DNA from: Leucoraja ocellata
Taxonomy: Eukaryota
Direction: 5' to 3'
Length of the DNA: 64,000 nt
Assembly: GCA_036785375.1 (NCBI GenBank)
Contig: JAWMAR010000748.1
Coordinates: forward strand, 62,001-126,000
Shown here piece by piece: positions 23,331 through 35,478 of this stretch. The translations under genes were made by a program, and so were the position numbers. Under the pieces are notes generated by a model. The model made no database searches and had not been told where the DNA came from. It saw nothing but the letters and a program-made list of their open reading frames with translations. The stretch's first letter is position 1, and each line of letters opens with the position of its first letter.

Positions 23331-25918
23331 TGCCTGGAGGGAGTTTGTACGTTCTCCCTGTGATCGTGTGGGGTGCTCACGTTTCCTCCCACACTCCAAA
23401 GACGTACAGGTCTGCAGGTTAATTGGCTTCGGTAAAAATTGTTCCCAGTGTACGTGGTGATCGCTGGTCAGCACGGACTCGGTGGGCCGAAGGGCCTGTT
23501 TCCACGCTGTATCTCTAATATCAAAGTCTCATTTATAACTTCATGCAGACCTAGAGTATTGCAGCATCCCTCCATTTCTTTAATTCTGACCTGTGACTCT
23601 CGTCATTCAAGCACGATAATTACCACTCAATTCCCCATATTCATGATTCTAGGAACACACTAACATGACCAAGCCTTTAGTTACTTCTTCTAACTTCACC
23701 TCTATTGCTTGGGGTAAACTTTTGCCTGGTTATGCAACTATGAAACATCTGTGATTTGTTAGTCCAGACCACTGGATTACTAAAATAGTTTTTTTTTAAA
23801 GCCAGTATGCTAATCATGGCGTGACTCTGTGCAAACACTACAATGTTTCTGCTGCCCTGAATGTCTCACACGATTACTAACAGGCACTTCAGGCTTCTTC
23901 AGCCTTTGCCAAGTTGTAAAGCAAAGCTGTCCAAAATCCACAAGGAGCAAGCCCAACAGGCACCACTGTGTAATAAAATAGAAAACTGTGAGCTATGAAT
24001 TTGGCAATGCTGCAATATCCTATCCTTACCCTCTTTCCGTTCCCATAAATAGGGTCATCGAGTCACATAGGCCCTTCAACCCGGCTCATCCATGCTAACA
24101 AGGAACCCCTATCGACCCAGGTTTGGCCCATATCCCTCTAAATCTTTCATATCCATGTACCTGGTCAAATGTCTTTTAAAGTGTTGTTATAGTACTTGTC
24201 TTAACTACTTCCTCTGGCAATTTGTTCCATGTACCCGCCATCCCTTGTGTAAAAAAAAAATTGCCCCTCAGGTTCCTATTAAATCTTTCTTTCTCACCCT
24301 AAACCTCTGTCCTTGAGTTCTCGATTTCCCTAACTTAGGAAAAAATCCACTGTATCTATTTGCCTCATGATTTTATACACTTCTCAAAGATCAAAATTCG
24401 GACCCCTGTGCTCCAAGGAATAAAGTGCTAGCCTGGTCAACCCAAGCCCTGATATCCTGGCAACATCCTTATAAATCCTCACTGCACTCTTTCCAATTTA
24501 ACGCCATCCTTCCAAAAGCGTAGGTGACCAAAACTGAACACAAAAATATCCATATTCTGCCTCTTATACAACTGGAACATAACTTTCCAACTTCTATACT
24601 CAGTTTCCTGACTGATAAAGGCCAGCGGGCCAAAGGCCTTCTTCACTACCCTATCTTCCGGTGACGCCATTTTCACAGAACCTGTACATTTACTCCTTGA
24701 TTCCTTCCCAGGGCCCACCGTTCACTGTGAAGGTCCTGCCCTGGTTTGTTGTCTCAAAATACAAGAGCTCACTCTTATCCAAATTAAACTCCTTTGCCAT
24801 TGCATGACCTACGTGCTCAGCTGATCATCATCTGCTTATTCTTGATAACCATCTTCCTTATCAATGATACCACCTATTTTAGCATCTGCAAACGTAAACA
24901 TTCCTTGAACATTCTCATCCAATTTCCTGTCCACTTTCCCACAGTGTCCTTGGATATACCTGATCACGGCTGGGAGATTTTTCTACTTCCATTGATAAGG
25001 CTGAATGATGTTAAAAATATAAGAATATATTAAATTGGTTCCTGGGTCAGCTTACAGCTTATATTTAGTCTCAAATCAGGCTTTTCTCCAGTAGATTAAG
25101 GCAAGTCTAGGCTTGCCTCAGGTTGCTGTGTATTGAGATAATGAATGACTATAACATTTGTCTACCAAGTGACGAGAGAGTCACTAAGGGGTATTGACAA
25201 ATGGCTGATGCCTTTAATATGCAAGATATCTTGTACCAAATGTCCGATGCCTTTGTCCTTGTACCATACGACAAGATGCCTTTGATGTGACGCATCCTGT
25301 AGTAACCTTTATTCTCTGTACCTCTGACCATAACTAATGTTTGTGGAATGTGCTAAGGTGACAAAAAAACACTATATAATACGATGTAATTCTGTTGTTC
25401 GGAGAAGTGGAATGAGGACAGTGAAGTGTCTCTATTGCTCACTTGACTGGAGTTCTCCCTGCCACTTCCATCGGCCGATAATAAGTAAAGTTTTGAACTG
25501 GTCTACCAAACGTTTGTGAGTTGTCAGTTTATTAAGAAGCGAACCTGTTTGATTGTTATAAAAGTAACTTTTTCACCATGTGTTGTACGACATTCAGCAT
25601 TTTTCTACTGCAATACAGGCTTTCGTCAAGAAATCGTCATTAACTGTCCCAAGTTCCCTGGACTTTGTGTCCTACCTATACTTCTACAGGAATTTCTGAT
25701 AATTCATCTATGAGATTTGACATTGTCAAAAATTGTCCTCCCGTGAATAGTCTTCCTTGTTATAAAATGGAAATCGATCTTTTGTCTACAATTGGAAAGA
25801 TTTATTTATCAAAGTATTAGCTGGTTCCCACTTCATCCCAGAGTCTTTCAGCAACAAAAATATATTTCGAAAAGTTGTGCTTTTGCGTAGCGGCACTTTA
25901 AAAAATGCAAGTATTTTA

Positions 25919-26059
<141 letters not shown>

Positions 26060-26230
26060 CTACAGGACCAGAAACAAGCCTTACACATCGGGGTAACCAG
26101 TTACTGACCAACTTGTTACAGTTAATCACAGGGTCCTGTCCAACTGATTGCTATTTGCAAATAAGTAAAGAATTCCAATTGCATTACAACCATCTCAACC
26201 AAGCACTTCACAGCTAAGTTAAAAGCATTA

Positions 26231-26376
26231 AGGGCCGGTCCCACTTACGCAACTTCCTCGGCGACTGCCGACACCCGTCCTAGGTCACCGAAAATTTTCA
26301 ACATGTTGAAAATTTTTGGCAACGTATGACGGGTGCCGGCAGTCGCCGAAAAAGTCGCGTAAATAGGACAGTGCCT
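26231..26376. mobile_element. PIF/Harbinger-type MITE (short palindromic copy)
   Basis: AGGGCCGGTCCCACTTACGC...GCGTAAATAGGACAGTGCCT with TTA on both sides. Confidence 0.75.
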
Positions 26377-28606
26377 TTAGCAGTCTGAAGAAAGGTCTCG
26401 ACCCAAAACGTCATCCATTCCTTCTATCCAGAGATGCTGCCTGTCCCGCTGAGTTACCCCAGCATTATGTGTCTCTCTAATAGCATTTCCAGTTTTGTCT
26501 CTATTGTAATGCACAATCTCTGGCAGATATTTTCTGTGTAGCGAACACTCACAACAGGGATGATGTTATCTTACTTTTTTTAAACATGTTGATTGAGCAG
26601 TAAATGTTGGCCAAAACATTAAGCCTACCCTCCACAGCTCTTTAAAATACTACCAGCTGATCTTTTCCCATCCATTCAGAGAACAGCTGGATATTGGATT
26701 AACATGTCATCTGAAAGGCAGCAAGAAGCAAAATGCAGAAGGAACTCAGTGAGTCAGGCAGCATCTGTGGAAGCAGAAGCATTATCGATGTTTCGGGGTG
26801 AGACCCTGCAATAGGAAACGAGTTCTTCCACTGGTTTGTCTTTCACTCCAGATTCCAGTCTCAGGTCTTCAGATGAAAGACACTTTCTCCAATGTTGCAA
26901 CATTCCTTCACTACCTGACTTTGACGCAGAGACAACAACCTGGCTACTCAACACCCGGCTTGAGATCTAACTATTCCTTTGGTTTATGTTTCATTCGCAA
27001 GAAGGAGACTACCTGACTGAATTGTCAGCCTGGATTTTGTGCGCAAGTTGCTGTGACAATGGACTGCACTCGTCTCATTTATCAAAAACCCTGCTTGCAT
27101 ATCAAAATTAGATGAAACATTTCCTGCATAGCAGAAACATGAAGCTATAATTGATCACAAAAGCAATTTGAAACTCAGAATCAAGAAACTGCAGATGCTG
27201 GTTTATACCAAAGATAGACTCAGGGGCGTAGCTATAGAGCTACTGACTTATAGCACCAGAGACCCGGGTTCGTTCCCGAGTACGGGTGCTGTCTGTACGG
27301 AGTTTGTACGTTCTCCCCATGACATGCGTGTGTGTTCTCCGGGTAATTCTATTGTCTATTAGCTTCAGTTTCCTCCCACACTCCAAAGATGTACAGGTTT
27401 GCAGGTTAATTGGCTTGTATAAATGTAAAATTGTCTCCAGTATGCATTGGGTAGTGTTAATGTGCAAGGATCGCTGGTCGGTGCGGACTCGATGGGCCGA
27501 AGGGCCTGTTTCCGCACTGTATCTCTAAACTCAACTAAAGTGAACTAAGCAAAATGCTGGAGTAACTCAGCAAATCAGGCATCATCTCTGGAGAAAATGG
27601 GTAGGTGGTATTTCGAGTTGGGATCCTTAATCAGACTTCTTCAGTCTGAAGGGTTCCGACCCGAAACGTCACCCATCCATTTTCTCCAGAGATGATGCCT
27701 GACCCACTGAGTCACTGCATTTTGTGTCTATCATTTGAAAAATACTATAGTCATCTCCTGAGCAACTTCTGGATGAGCAGCTGGATTACCATTTTGATTT
27801 GAACCTTTACTTGAGGACACCAAGACTCCCTGGAAGGGTCTCGACCCGAAATGTCACCCATTCCTTCTCTCCAGATATGCTGGCTGGCCCGCTCAGTTAC
27901 TCCAGCATTTTGCGTCTACCTTCGAAACGTTGGTCTTTTCAAAAAGTGATTGACATTAACCACTGAAAAATTATCCTAGAAATAGTCATTGTATTAATGT
28001 TAGTTTAGTCTAGTTTAGATATAGCATTGTCCACGTCGACCAGCGATCGCCCATTCACACACCGTTCTACACACCTTACGCACCAGGCACAATGTACAGA
28101 GTCCAATTACTCGACAAACCCAAAGCTCTATGGGGTGTGGAAGGAAACCGGAGCATCCAGAGGAAACCCACACGGCCACAGGGAGAACGTGCAGACTCGA
28201 CACAGATAGCATCAGGGGTCAGGATTGAACCTGGGTCACTGGCGCTGTGAGACAGCGACTCTAACAGCTGTGCCATTCTAACCAACTACTTTTCCTGATA
28301 TGTCCAAGACTCGGTCCTGAAACCCATCTGTGAATCGTGCAAACAATAGAGTGCTGGAGGAGCTCACAGGGTCAAGTAGCATCTGTGGAGGGAAATAGAC
28401 TGACGATGTTTCTGGTCAGGATCCTTCTTCAACCTCGACCTGAAACGTCGCCTGTCCTTACCATTCCCCGCCATAAATGCTACCAGACCTCCGAGTTCCT
28501 TCGGCAGTTTGTTTATTTGTTCAAGATTGCAGCTTCTGCAGTCTCTTCTGTTCCATGTGTATTCTCCATATACTTATGGCAAAACACTATTCTCACTCAG
28601 GCCTAC

Positions 28607-28678
28607 CTTTAGAGTATGATATCTCTCATTCTGGAGTATATTTCCAACTTCACTACAAGTTCCATCTTCAAGGATTTC
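28607..28678 (-). CDS. POLM: DNA polymerase mu, coding exon 5
   Basis: EILEDGTCSEVGNILQNERYHTLK; acceptor ctttgctgcAG, donor AAG|GTAGGC; 72 nt. Confidence 0.92.
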
Positions 28679-28836
28679 CTGCAGCAAAGAAAAAGGAGAC
28701 TTTTCTTCATTTCTTGCAAATAGCTAGAACAGCAACTCTCAATCTTGACATTTTCTAATCTTAATTTTTCCTCTAGAAAGTAATTTCATTTTTCTGCATC
28801 AACATTAAGACTTAAGTGACTTCTTCTTCTTGCGTA

Positions 28837-29380
28837 TGATTCAGATTCAGATTCAATTTTAATTGTCATTGTCAGTGTACAGTACAGAGACAACGAAATG
28901 CATTTAGCATCTCCCTTGAAGAGCGACATAGCAAATGATTTGAATAAATAATAATAAGTGTCCGGGGGGGATGGTGATTGGCAGTCACCGAGGTACGTTG
29001 TTGAGTAGAGTGACAGCCGCCGGGAAGAAGCTGTTCCTCGACCTGCTGGTTCGGCAACGGAGAGACCTGTAGCGCCTCCCGGATGGTAGGAGGGTAAACA
29101 GTCCATGGTTGGGGTGAGAGCAGTGCTTGGTGATGCTGAGCACCCTCCGCAGACAACGCTTGCTTTGGACAGACTCAATGGAGGGGAGCGTGGAACCGGT
29201 GATGCGTTCGGCAATTTTCACCACCCTCTGCCATGCCTTCCGGTCGGAGACAAAGCAGTTGCCATACCATACTGTGATGCAGTTGGTAAGGATGCTCTCG
29301 ATGGTGCAGCGGTAGAAGTTCACCAGGATCTGAGGAGACAGATGGACCTTCTTCAGTCTCCTCAGGAAGAAGAGACGCTG
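28837..29380 (-). mobile_element. Rex1/Babar-like LINE 3' fragment
   Basis: QRLFFLRRLKK...FYRCTIESILTNCITVWYG...NSFFPAAVTLLN; (GAATCT)n tail. Confidence 0.82.
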
Positions 29381-29508
29381 CACAGCCTAAAGTGTGGCGT
29401 GCACAGCCTAAAGTTGTAGGACAACTTGTCCTATTTGATGTTATTTGATTGTGCACGCCGGGTTTATTGTATTCATCGAAACAGGGCGGACCACGTGAAG
29501 GTTGCAAA

Positions 29509-29898
29509 CAAAGATCCTATAGCGAGCAAGATAGTCCACTCGACGAAAAAGACATAGTATGGTCATGGGCAGATTCATGGGTAATGTTCGGCCCCATTTC
29601 CATAACCGGCTTCCATCTCCGCACCAAAGATCCCATAGCGGAGACGGAATCCAGTTACGGAAACATCCTCGTAAAAATAAAAGTGCTTTGGTAAAAATCT
29701 TCTCCTCATTTTCAGAATTATGATTTATTAACACAAACTGTTTCCCCGCAATGTTGGTTACACTGCGAGTCGGGTCGGGTCGGGTAGGGTTACTGAAATT
29801 GATGAAAAAAAGGCCCACGTTCCGCTCCGTTGCGTACTACACGTCAGCCCATTGCATTTAGTAGGACTGGTCTATCTTGCTCCGCTATAGGATCTTTG
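29509..29898. mobile_element. Non-autonomous DNA transposon (P- or hAT-type MITE), 8-bp TSD
   Basis: TIR CAAAGATCCTATAGCG(G)AGCAAGATAG; flanks GTTGCAAA/GTTGCAAT; internal inverted repeats. Confidence 0.85.
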
Positions 29899-30019
29899 GT
29901 TGCAATCATGCACCCCACTTAAGTGACTGCAATGCAAGTAATGGTCCATATAAACAGCAGTTATACTGCTGGATATCCAATGAATGTGACAGACCATAGG
30001 AATCATATCATGCCATTAC

Positions 30020-30190
30020 CTTAATCACCTTTCTGGAATGGACACCGAGATTGGGAATCCCTTGAAGGTCTTCCATTTTGGTCACAGTGTACGGCAAAGA
30101 CTTTAGAATTGAAGATGCTCTTGAGAATGCCAAGTATCGCCCTTCACTCTCACTTAACTCTGCACTTTCAGCCAGAACCTTCAATGCTTC
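30020..30190 (-). CDS. POLM: DNA polymerase mu, coding exon 4 (8-kDa domain)
   Basis: EALKVLAESAELSESEGRYLAFSRASSILKSLPYTVTKMEDLQGIPNLGVHSRKVIK; AG/GT boundaries; 171 nt. Confidence 0.93.
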
Positions 30191-31544
30191 CTAAATATCA
30201 AGACAAAAGATTAATCTCAATCCATTTTAAAATGGATAAAATGTATATAAAACATATAAAATTCTTAAGGGATTGGACAGGGGAAATGTTCCCGATGTTG
30301 AGGGAGTCCGGAACCAGGGGTCACAGTTTAAGAATAAGGGGTAGGCCATTTAGGACTGAGATGAGGAAAAACGTTTTCACTCAGAGAGTTGTGAATCTGT
30401 GGAATTCTCTGCCACAGTGGAGGCCAATTCACTGGAGGTATTCAAGAGAGAGTTAGATTTAACTCTTAGGGCTAACGGAATCAAGGGATATGGGGGAAAA
30501 GCAGGAACGGGGTATTTGGAACGATTCTGGATGAGTTGCCATGATCATATTGAATGGCAGTGCTTGCACAAAGAGCCAAATGGCCTATTGCACCTATTCT
30601 CTATGTTTCTATTTAGAGAAGTCTATTGCAGTGTCTACATTTTGACATGGCCAATTTTTAGCACAATGAAAATCCAGTAATCTGCTGTCAGTGTGGAATT
30701 CCCGAAGGTTTAATGTCTGGCTCATTGAAGACCTTTGCTCACTTCCCTCTTACTGTGGCCCTGGTTCCTGTGCTACCTTCCTCTTGCTGGGAAACCCGTT
30801 CCATATAACCATATAACAATTACAGCACGGAAACAGGCCATCTCGGCCCTACAAGTCCGTGCCGAACAACTTTTTTCCCTTAGTCCCACCTGCCTGCACT
30901 CATACCATAGCCCTCCATTCCCTTCTCATCCATATGCCTATCTAATTTATTTTTAAATGATACCAACGAACCTGCCGCCACCACTTCCACTGGAAGCTCA
31001 TTCCACACCGCTACCACTTTGAGTGAAGAAGTTCCCCCTCATGTTACCCCTAAACTTATGTCCCTTAATTCTGAAGTCATGTCCTCTTGTTTGAATCTTC
31101 CCTATTCTCAAAGGGAAAAGCTTGTCCACATCAACTCTGTCTATCCCTCTCATCATTTTAAAGACCTCTATCAAGTCCCCCCTTAACCTTCTGCGCTCCA
31201 GAGAATAAAGACCTAACTTATTCAACCTATCTCTGTAACTTAGTTGTTGAAACCACATTCCCTTCCACCCTCTAGAGCCCTGCTTGCTTCCTGACCTGGC
31301 TCTGGTTCCTTGTGATTTACGTGCATTGTTTCACAAGCTCCCCTGGGTCACTGGTACATTTATTATTGTACTATTTTTTTAAAAGCGTGAATTAGCAGCG
31401 TGTTAGATTATTATTGGAATAAATCCAATAACCCAGACAATCTGCAAGCCCAATACCAAAGCCCCAGGCTTGTAAGATTCATGGAGTTATAACGTAACAT
31501 TCTCAGGTATTCAAACAATTGCTCACGTTATCCACCGCATACAT

Positions 31545-31735
31545 GTGTTTAAGAAGGAACTACAGATGCTGGAAAATCGAAGGTAGACAAAATTGCTGGA
31601 GAAACTCAGCGGGTGCAGCAGCATCTATGGAGCGAAGGAAATAGGCAACGTTTCGGGCTTTGGCCCGAAACGTTGCCTATTTCCTTCGCTCCATAGATAC
31701 TGCTGCACCCGCTGAGTTTCTCCAGCATTTTTGTC
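31545..31735. mobile_element. Penelope-derived fold-back short insertion with 16-bp TSD
   Basis: Palindrome centred on GGGCTTTGGCCC; TSD TATCCACCGCATACAT at 31529-31544 and 31736-31751. Confidence 0.88.
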
Positions 31736-32006
31736 TATCCACCGCATACATATTGAATCATAAGTATTCTTCCTTTTTCATCTGTTTCAACAGCCACCAA
31801 TCCTGACTGTGAATGTTGAGAGAGTAGGGAACTGTCTGAGCTCAGTCGTGTCACAACTGTGGCATTTTACATGCATTTGTAAACAGGTCAAGTAATGAAT
31901 GTGAGCAGCACCCTCATTCCCCTGAAAGTGCCAACAAGCTCTGAAATAATTCCCGCCTAAGGTTTGGGGTCAGAGTGAGTGGGCTGTGTTATCTGTTGAT
32001 CATTAC

Positions 32007-32102
32007 CGTAAATAACATGTTTTTATTTCTTAGCGTCGTCCTTCTTTGACAGGCATATGATGAAATAGGTGCCTCACTGGTTGCAACAGCTTCTGTCGAT
32101 AC
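32007..32102 (-). CDS. POLM: DNA polymerase mu, coding exon 3
   Basis: Read manually (below the ORF-track cutoff): tttttAG|VSTEAVATSEAPISSYACQRRTTLRNKNMLFT|GTAATG. Contains the conserved YACQRxT motif; 96 nt. Confidence 0.92.
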
Positions 32103-32489
32103 CTAAAAATTAAATACAATTAGCAAGCATTTAACTATTTCTTTGACAAAAGGAAACATCCCAAACCCCTTGAAAATAAAAAAAAAGGCCAATCATTAAT
32201 GAAAAGCATGGTCATCATTAGAAACATAGAAAATAGGTGCAGGAGGAGGCCATTCGGCCCTTCGAGCCAGCACCGCCATTCATTGTGATCATGGCCGATC
32301 ATCCCAAATCAATAACCTGTGCCTGCCTTCTCCTCATATCCCTAGCCCCTAGAGCTCTATCGAACTCTCTCTTAAATCCATCCAGTGATTTGGCCCCCAC
32401 TGCCCTCTGTGGCAGGGAATTCCACAAATTCACAACTCTCTGGGTGGAAACGTTTTCTCTGACCTCAGTCTTAAATGGCCTAAATGAGA

Positions 32490-33545
32490 TACTTTATTAG
32501 CCAAGTATGTTTTGCAACATACGAGGAATTTCATTTGGCAAGTCAGTCATACAAATAAAAAGTAACAGAACATACAAAATACATTTTAACATAAACAGAT
32601 TACAGATTACAGATTTCCTTTATTGTCATTCAGACCGAAGTCTGAACGTAATTTCGTGCCTGCAGTCATACATACAATAAAAAACAATAATAACCACATA
32701 TTAACATCCACCACAGTGAGTCCACCTAGCATCTCCTCACTGTGATGGAGGCAAAAGTCTTAGGTCTGCAGTCTCTTCCCTCCTCTTCTCCCTCTGCGCT
32801 GAGGCGATACCCCACCGGGCAATGTTAAAAACAGTCCCGTGGCTCAATCACCGCGCCCCGGGGTGGTCGAAGCTGCCGCCCACCAGTCCTGCTGACGCAG
32901 CCGCTGGCCCACGGCCGAACCCCAGACTCAGAAACATCCACCACAGTGACTCTTCCACATTCCTCACTGTGAAGGAAGCCGAATAAAAAAGTTCAGATCT
33001 CTTCCCTTTGCTCTCCCGAGGTCGGGGGCCTCGAGCCCTCCGTTGACGGGATGTTCTCGATTCCCGTAGCCGGCGGCGTTTGAGCCCTCCGCATCAGAGC
33101 GATCAGATCCTGCATCGGGGGGGAGATGTCAGCTCCCCCGTGCCGGCGATTGAACCCCGCGTTGGGACTGGTCGAGCCTCTGCGTCGTTGGAGCTCCCGA
33201 CTAGCCTCTCCCGAGACTGTGAGCTCTCGATGTAAAGTCCACAGACTTGCCTGGAGCGATCCCAGGCAGGGAATTGGCTCTGATGTTAGGTCCACACCCC
33301 GGGCTGGGGCTCAAAGTCAGTCCGAGGAGGTTTCCAGCTCCATCGATGGTAGGCCGCAGATCAGCCGGAGATACGATCCAGGGGAAACAAACGCATCTCC
33401 GGCAAGGTAATAAACTGAAAAAAAAAATTCCCCCGACCCCTGACCCCCGACCCCTACATAAAACAAACCGGAGAACATTTACACAAACTTTTAAAACGCA
33501 CTAAAAATTAAATAAAATATAAAAAGACACACAGACTGTTGATGA
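32490..33545 (-). repeat. Unclassified GC-rich interspersed repeat (related pieces at 18690-19005, 19520-19720, 45950-46500)
   Basis: Shared blocks such as AACATCCACCACAGTG...TCCTCACTGTGA and GGGGGCCTCGAGCCCTCCGTTGACGGGA; probably a LINE-related 3' region. Confidence 0.55.
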
Positions 33546-35250
33546 TTGAGCAGGCTCCCAGCTCAAATAAGAACCAATGTCATCAGATGTATCTACGAGC
33601 TCTGGGGACACAAGGAACTGCAGATGTTGGAATCTTGAGCCAAAGACAAAGTTCTGAACCTGCTCAGCGGGTCAGACAGCATCTTTGGAAGATATGGGCA
33701 GGTGACATTTTGGGTCAGTGCTTTGGAATTTGTTCACTCAACTTTAAAAATCTGCTGGCCGATGTCTAAATGGGTGATGTTTTTGGATGATCGACGATTG
33801 GAATGATAGTACAGATAACCACAGAGCAGGGAATGGTGTCCATAAATGCCGATTGTCTGCTTTAAACCAAGAAAGTGATTCACTCCAACCACCTAATGGT
33901 CACTCCATGAAATGATGAGTTGGTTTCAAATACAAAGTTATTTTTAAACAAAATATGTATTTTTGTTTCTGCAAGCTAAAAAGACCAAATGCTGTTTGAA
34001 TCGATCGAAGCAATTGCTTGTCAATTTCAATGCCCTCCCACAGTTTAGTTTATTTTATTGTCACTTGTACCCAGTGAAAAGCTTTCCTTGTGTGCTAACC
34101 AGTCAACGGAGAGACAATACAAGATTACAATTCAACCATTTACTGTGTGTAGATACATGATAAGGGAATAACTTTCAGTGCAAGATAAAGCCAGTAAAAT
34201 CCAATCAAGTCCGAGGGTCTCCAAATGAGATGGACAGTAGTTCAGGCCTGCTCTCTAGCAGTGTACCAAGCAGTCTGTGTTTTTAAAGAGACAGTGGTGG
34301 ATAATTACTGTGGTGATGCGCTGTACGCTGGACCCAACATCCGTTATACAGAGGTCCATAAGAATAAGGGTAGACTGTCATCTATTAACTGGTAAACAAT
34401 GATTTAATTTGGCCTCATTCTGAAGTATTATTGCTCATATTAACTTACAAATGCATCTAAGCTGTCTAGACACAGACCTGGAAAGTGGCCCTTATAGAAG
34501 TGTGGTTACATTCCACTGGTTGCCTGGAATCCACACACCTGAACTTTTCATACACTGTGCAGGCCTCAAAATATTGGTCAGGCGTGTCCTGATACAACGA
34601 AAACCAAAACAAAGTTGAAAAATGGTTAACGGGTGGATATTTTACAGTAACTTCAGATTTCCCTTAACATTTCCAACGTCAATAGAATTGCGGTCGTGTG
34701 TTTGAAGGAATACATTCTTCTTGGCTTGGCCTGCGCAAATATAAACAATAAACAAGGAACTTGATCAATCAGTTACACCAGTCCATTGGATCCTTGACAG
34801 TAACCGTTTAATTTAGAGATACAGCATGGAAATAGGCCCTTCAGTCTCCTGAGTTCTCACCGACCAGCAATCCCCGCACACTATCACCATCCTACACACA
34901 CTAGGGACAATTTACAATATTACCAAACCTATATGTCTTTGAAATGTGGGTGGAAACTGAAGCACCCAGATAAAACGCACAATCTTTAGATATGTATAAA
35001 GGAAAAGATTAGTGAAACAAATGTAGGTCCCTTAAAGTCAGAGACAGGTGAATTTATAATGGGGAAACAAAGAAAGGGCAGAACCGTTAAGCGAGTACAG
35101 GTACTTTGGTTCCGCCTTCACTAAGGATGACTAAGGATATGGTTCTCCAATTCCTGTTGTATTTATTCCCTTTGTGTTTATAACCGAATGGGACGATGCC
35201 CTTCCTCATGGATTCTGACATGTTGCCAAACAGATACATACCATTGTTTA

Positions 35251-35478
35251 AGAGGGAACTGCAGATGCTGGAGAATCGAAGGTTACACAAAAAAGCTGGA
35301 GAAACTCAGCGGGTGCAGCAGCATCTATGGAGCGAAGGAAATAGGCAACGTTTCGGGCCGAAACCCTTCTTCAGACTGATCGGGGGCGGGGGTGGGCGGG
35401 GACAAGAATGGGAAAAGGAGGAGGAGCCCGAAGGCTGGGGGATGGGAGGAGACAGCAGGGGGGCTGAGGAAGGGGAGG
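35251..35478 (-). mobile_element. 5'-truncated Penelope pLTR insertion with 19-bp direct repeat
   Basis: AGATACATACCATTGTTTA at 35232-35250 and 35479-35497; contains an intact hammerhead core. Confidence 0.85.
35347..35374 (-). ncRNA. Minimal type-I hammerhead ribozyme motif (Penelope-associated)
   Basis: CUGAAGA-A-GGGU[UUCG]GCCC-GAAA-CG-UU: conserved core, helix II with a UUCG loop, palindromic ACGU helix III. Helix I pairing is weak. Confidence 0.6.

Noticed and set aside
25100-25870. Non-repeat-looking intronic stretch as a nested gene or old LINE
   Set aside because: No sustained ORF or recognisable motif on either strand.
34640-34732. Second acceptor-like site (tttatatttgcgcAG) in POLM intron 2
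   Set aside because: The phase-0 frame hits a stop before any good donor, so it cannot be a coding POLM exon.
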